Origin: a virus
Strand: one strand, 5' to 3'
IMG/VR virus record: IMGVR_UViG_3300043788_000131
Span: 1-64,000 of that record
Length of the DNA stretch: 64,000 bases
Position 1 is the stretch's first letter; every line of letters begins with the position of its first letter. A program made the position numbers and the translations under genes. Below the pieces are notes generated by a model, which worked only from the letters and a program-made list of their open reading frames with translations, was not told the origin of the DNA and did not search any database. Positions 63,271 through 64,000 of the stretch are shown in pieces.

Positions 63271-63738
63271 TTATTCCATGAAGGTGATCTGGGTCGCGAT
63301 CGAGGTGTTGTAGTTCGCCGAAAGCTGACGGCAGTCGAAGCCCGCCTGGGCGGTCGCCGCGATGATCAGGAATTGCGATTCCTGGGCCGCGATCCAGCGG
63401 GTGGTGCCGCGCTGGTTGAGGCCGAAGTTCATCACCGAGGAGTTCGCGGTAACGACGGGGTCGGTCGTCAGGTTGATGGCGACTACCGCTTGGCAGGCCG
63501 CATCGGCCGGGTCGGTCGGGTTCGGGGTGAACGCGGTGCCGGCGAGGCCGGTCGTGGTCGTGAACCGCGACACGTCAAGCTGGATCTGGGTATCGGTCGC
63601 CACCGGGTTTTGCACGGCGCCGGCGATGACCTCGTACCATTTTGTACGACGCGGGGTGGCCGACTGCCATTGAGCAGCGGAGCCCTTGTAGGACGACGAC
63701 ATGGTCGCCTGGAAGGCCGGAATTCCGTAGGTAGCCAT
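63271..63738 (-). CDS. probable virion structural protein
   Basis: GGGAG RBS; Thr/Ala-rich beta protein. Confidence 0.65.
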   Translation of the reverse strand: MATYGIPAFQATMSSSYKGSAAQWQSATPRRTKWYEVIAGAVQNPVATDTQIQLDVSRFTTTTGLAGTAFTPNPTDPADAACQAVVAINLTTDPVVTANSSVMNFGLNQRGTTRWIAAQESQFLIIAATAQAGFDCRQLSANYNTSIATQITFME

Positions 63739-63756
63739 TGGGATACTCCCGAAAAC

Positions 63757-63780
63757 GAAAAACCGCCCGGAGGGGCGGCT
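63757..63780 (-). terminator. intrinsic terminator
   Basis: CCGCCC-CTCC-GGGCGG-TTTTT. Confidence 0.75.
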
Positions 63781-64000
63781 TCTCAGGTCAAGGATGGCGG
63801 GCGACAGCGATTCGCCGCCGCTAGGAAAATCGCAGCGCGGCCATCCGATACGCGCTATGCGTTGAAGATCAGGTCGTCACCAATTCCCAAAGCCCGCAGG
63901 CGGCGTGAAGGCGTAAGCTGATTGTCCAAAGTTTGCGATCACGGCCGCACCAGCGCCTGCGATGTCGGAGCCGGCGGCAAGAGCGCCGCTTGGGCCTCCC

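Overview
The window is about 64 kb of a GC-rich tailed phage or prophage. Its virion module looks podovirus-like (no tape-measure or tail-tube gene seen), and the host is probably alphaproteobacterial. It has three parts. (1) 1-6350: a plus-strand early/recombination arm (ERF annealase, NinB-like, HNH-like, Gp37/Gp68 radical SAM, small ORFs). (2) 6355-15295: an array of 35 tRNA genes, all on the minus strand and covering all 20 amino acids if the atypical CAT tRNA is Met. It is tightly interleaved with small ORFs, most of them on the opposite strand. (3) 15800-63740: a minus-strand late module with lysis genes, a 5368-aa polyvalent virion protein, ejection/tail proteins, major capsid, scaffold, tailspikes, Gly-rich fibres, a novel Trp-rich repeat protein, a FkbM methyltransferase and a TPR-glycosyltransferase. 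The giant protein carries PPase, ParB, adenine MTase, SNF2 helicase, RelA/SpoT, JAB and TGT-like domains. The most striking features are: small genes with their own RBS hidden inside the linkers of the giant ORF next to its enzymatic domains (one is antisense and has its own sigma70 promoter), which are candidate built-in antitoxins; the tRNA/antisense-ORF interleaving; and systematic non-canonical tRNA features. All family assignments are by eye from motifs; no database search was run.
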